Origin: Gemmatales bacterium
Lineage (GTDB): Bacteria > Planctomycetota > Planctomycetia > Gemmatales > HRBIN36
Assembly: GCA_041640595.1 (NCBI GenBank)
Contig: JBEPZY010000003.1
Coordinates: 593,311-657,310, forward strand
DNA: 64,000 nucleotides
Direction of reading: 5' to 3'
Shown here: in pieces, positions 60,765 to 64,000 of the stretch
How the letters are laid out: each line of letters starts with the position of its first letter
How positions within the stretch are numbered: position 1 is the stretch's first letter
Position numbers and translations under genes: made by a program
Notes under the pieces: model-generated
What the model was told of the DNA's origin: nothing
Seen by the model: the letters and a program-made list of their open reading frames with translations, nothing else
Database searches by the model: none

Positions 60765-61667
60765 GGCAATTGCTCCTTTCGTTTCTCCAGCCCGTGTGCA
60801 GGCTCCATAAGTGCCGTTCTCGGCATGCCATGCCCGACGCGAGTCGGAACACTGACGTGTGCGTAGTTGGTGTCGCCGATTTTGCTGCCGGTCGCCCGCT
60901 CGCCGATCCCGGCAAGCCAATGCACAGTAGGGAGCACTCTGCAAATCGCTCACCTGCCAGGCCTTTGTAGCGGCTGTTCCAATGCGGGCGCGGTGCGGAT
61001 CGTCCGATCGTCCGGCCTCTCCCTTTGTCCGTTCAGCCAGGCTGGTGGCGATCGCACTCGACCGAGTATATGGATACGAAATCGGCAAAGCCGAAACACC
61101 CTGCGAACTTTCCCGGCTCACGGAAAAAGTCCGTATTTTCGACGCTCGCAAGGAAATTGCAGCACCCTTCGGACTCTGCCCCTGCCATCTTCGCCGTGAC
61201 GTGAGTTGTGCAGCTACCGCTGCGGGAACCAAGGTTTTTCGTGCCCGACTGCCACGCTTCCGGCATCCACTGCCGGCGAAATGAAGAATGGTCGGTCTGC
61301 CAACAATTCGCGGGGGTAAATGCGGCACGTCGCCGGAAGCTTATAGCAGCAGCGCTGAAACGTCTTCCGCGATTGGCGCTTCACCGAAACGCAGCGACTC
61401 ATTCCAGCGCTGGCCAGCCACCCCGTCGCTGACTGAGAACAAATCACATGGTGCCCGCCTTTGAGCAATCGGAACATTTCCTCACGGAGTGCCAACCTGC
61501 GCGCACCTGGCCAGCGGGACGCGGACATCCATGCCTTTCCGCTGTCCGATCATTCCCTCACGAGCTCCGTGCTGCAAGGAGGGACTTAATCGGCATCTTG
61601 GCCGGTCTTACCGCTTGCGTTGCCGTGAACCCCTCGTGATGCGTGTGGATTGCCGATGGCCGAATTA

Positions 61668-63422
61668 TCATTCCGTCTGGGCGTTGGTGTGCGCCATGTC
61701 GCCTCCCCAGGTGTACCAGCCAGTGAGACTGGGATCGCCCGTGTCAATGCAAACCAGGCGACCATTCTGGGTGCCGACGTAAATTCGCCCATCCACAATC
61801 GCGGGCTGCGAGCGGATCGGAGCACCGACTTTGTAGGACTGGTAAACGCTTCCTTTATCCGGGTCGAGGATTAACACTTCGCCGGCCACGGTAGCCAGCA
61901 CGATTTTACCACCCGCCAGCGCCGGCGGGGTTGCTAAATGGCCGCCCTCCTTGTGCAGGTCCCCTTTGACTTTGTGCCGCCAGCGTTCCTGCCCGTTTTG
62001 CGCTTCCAGGCACACCAGTTCGTCCCCCATGGAGGAATACAGCTGGTTGCGGAAGTACAGCACGCGCGAACCCTGGAAGAACTGCATCCCGGAGACGGTG
62101 GACTGCCCGATGTTTTGCAGGGCCGCTGGTGCATTCGCCGCTTCCGGAGCACCGCCGGCAAATCCGTTGGCTGCATCCAGACTTAGCAACTCGTTTCGCA
62201 AGACGCTCAGCCCCTGCACCTTGGCATCGAGATACGGCGCAGCTCGCACGTTGCCAAACGCTTGCACGGAATTGTTGCTCTTGTCCACGACCGCCACCGC
62301 TTCGGATACCTGACCTTTCTGGTCGGCTCGCTGACTCCAGTACAATTGGTTATTAGCCAGGGTGGGTGCTGAGGTTGCCCGACACCGATGCGCTGCCAGC
62401 ACGCTCCCATCCTTTTGCCGGAACCGATACACGGTGCCCGCAAAGCTCGTCGCGTAAACCTCATTGCCCACCGCCACCGGCGCAGAAATGACATCGCTAT
62501 CAATCCAGCGTTGCCACAAAATCCTGCCAGTTTTCAGTTCAAACGCGGCCAGCACATGGGAAGCTCCAGGCGGGCGCCTGTTGGTCTTCGCATTGTTCTG
62601 CGGCGGTTTACCAATCGCCGGGCCCAGGTTTTGAAATGGCACGGATATTGAGTCAGATTGTTCGGCCCCAGCAAAACGTCCCCTTGCCGGGTAGGAGGTA
62701 AACACAATTCCATTAGCGATGGCCGGAGTGCTGGTAAGCGGATCACCCAGCCAGTGCGACCAAAGATGTTTGCCGGTTTTCGCATCCAGGGCAAAAAGCG
62801 TGCACGATTCGGTGTTGAAAACCACGATGCCGTCCGCACAGACTGCCGAACTCGGGCCATCGTCGCTCAAATCCACTGACCAGAGCAACTCGCCGGTTTT
62901 TGCGTCGAAGCAGTAATACTCGCGGCTATGAAACCCGCCGCTCACATAGACCTTGCCCTGGTATACGGTCGGCGTTGCGATCGGCGCCCCGGACGGCAAC
63001 TGGATAGTAAACCCGTTTTTGTCCCGATGAATTTGCACACGCCGCTGCGACGGCTGAGCATTGCCCGGTCGAAATTGCCTGGGCGGTGCCGCAAACTTGT
63101 CCGAATTCATCTCCCGAACCTGGTCGGTTATTTCCTCCCCTGGAACCGAGCCTATCGAGGGCGAGCTACCGTTGCTTGTTGTTGACGAATTTGCATTGGC
63201 TTGAGTGGCTTGCCCTTCCTGGGAGCCGGTCTGTCCGGAACCTGACTGCTGCGAACCGCTTTGGGAATCTCCGTTGGGCACCATACCGCCCGATTCGACT
63301 GGCGTATCGGTTTGTGCCAGTTGTTGCGGATTGGGGCCGTTTCGATCCGGCAGCAGAGTCCAGAAAACCAGCCCAAGAATGGCCACGATCGCGCTTGCCC
63401 CGATCAAACCTCGTCGCAGCAT
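61668..63422 (-). CDS. PQQ-like beta-propeller repeat protein
   Basis: Repeated DAKTG..LW motifs; N-terminal anchor; Ser/Gln linker. Confidence 0.9.
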   Translation of the reverse strand: MLRRGLIGASAIVAILGLVFWTLLPDRNGPNPQQLAQTDTPVESGGMVPNGDSQSGSQQSGSGQTGSQEGQATQANANSSTTSNGSSPSIGSVPGEEITDQVREMNSDKFAAPPRQFRPGNAQPSQRRVQIHRDKNGFTIQLPSGAPIATPTVYQGKVYVSGGFHSREYYCFDAKTGELLWSVDLSDDGPSSAVCADGIVVFNTESCTLFALDAKTGKHLWSHWLGDPLTSTPAIANGIVFTSYPARGRFAGAEQSDSISVPFQNLGPAIGKPPQNNAKTNRRPPGASHVLAAFELKTGRILWQRWIDSDVISAPVAVGNEVYATSFAGTVYRFRQKDGSVLAAHRCRATSAPTLANNQLYWSQRADQKGQVSEAVAVVDKSNNSVQAFGNVRAAPYLDAKVQGLSVLRNELLSLDAANGFAGGAPEAANAPAALQNIGQSTVSGMQFFQGSRVLYFRNQLYSSMGDELVCLEAQNGQERWRHKVKGDLHKEGGHLATPPALAGGKIVLATVAGEVLILDPDKGSVYQSYKVGAPIRSQPAIVDGRIYVGTQNGRLVCIDTGDPSLTGWYTWGGDMAHTNAQTE

Positions 63423-63554
63423 GGTTTATCCCTCCGCCTGCGCTAAGGTCTCTCGATATGCTCTCTATAATTTTGACGACCGAAGCCAGCAAATGGTTTT
63501 CCCCCGCCGTTGCGGTCGGCTGACTATGGTCGGGTCGCGTTTCCCCCGGTACAC

Positions 63555-63960
63555 CAGGAGCTACTGACGTAAGCCGACCGTGGAAAACGTAACGCGGTAA
63601 GATATCGGAAACGCACATCTGAAGCAGCATCCGCATACGCAGCCAGGAGCGGCTGGCGTAAGCTAGCCGTGGCAAACAGTCCGCGCTTGCACTCGCACCC
63701 CCGTTTTATGATCCGCTACATTCGTTTCACCCACCCACGTCGTCAAACCCACGGCGGGCTAACACCCGCCGCTCTTTGTTGTGTATTCGTTCGCCACTGA
63801 ACAATGTACGATCGTCGCGGGACAGCGTTCGCATCACCGAACCACGGCGGGCTGACGAACGTCGCTCCTGTGAACGTGCGTTTGTGCATCGCAAAAATCG
63901 TTTTTCGCCGGCGGGTATTCGCACACCAACAGAAGAGCGGGGGGCGTCAGCCCCCCGTGG
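63555..63960. repeat. REP/BIME-like array 3 (about 5 nodes; may continue past the window edge)
   Basis: Same node consensus, more diverged; shares a linker type with arrays 1 and 2. Confidence 0.8.
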
Positions 63961-64000
63961 GTTCACTACCGCGACTGCACCGGCGTTCGTGAGCGCGCCG

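Noticed and set aside
60770..61660. Gene or ncRNA in the 0.9-kb intergenic gap, including the N-terminal extension of the 535-aa ORF
   Set aside because: No recognisable motif; the gluconolactonase has its own AAAGGAG RBS before ATG 60764.

Overview
A GC-rich bacterial window, most likely from Planctomycetota (Gemmatales-like), judging by DUF1559, DUF1501, sulfatases and a planctomycete 'LxVExLEDR' export motif. It holds a minus-strand Tad/Flp pilus cluster (1-11.2 kb), many housekeeping genes (tsaB, rsmA, purQ, pyrE, recA, ispD, apgM, purine nucleoside phosphorylase, aminotransferases), tRNA-Leu(CAA), tRNA-Arg(TCG) and three arrays of one REP-like hairpin family. The most unusual region is 17.7-24.3 kb. 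There an exported Ig-repeat 'stalk' gene is followed by two start-less cassettes, each made of Ig repeats plus a different enzyme head (transglutaminase-like, then alpha/beta-hydrolase) and each followed by a signal-peptide gene, which resembles a polymorphic toxin/immunity layout. Both cassette junctions carry the same 42-nt element, with an in-frame TAA, at the same point inside an Ig repeat. The RBS-linked ATG of the stalk is also out of frame across a (CA)6 tract. An ArsC-like selenoprotein (UxxC plus a SECIS-like hairpin) is missed by the ORF track. All calls come from reading the sequence; no database searches were run.
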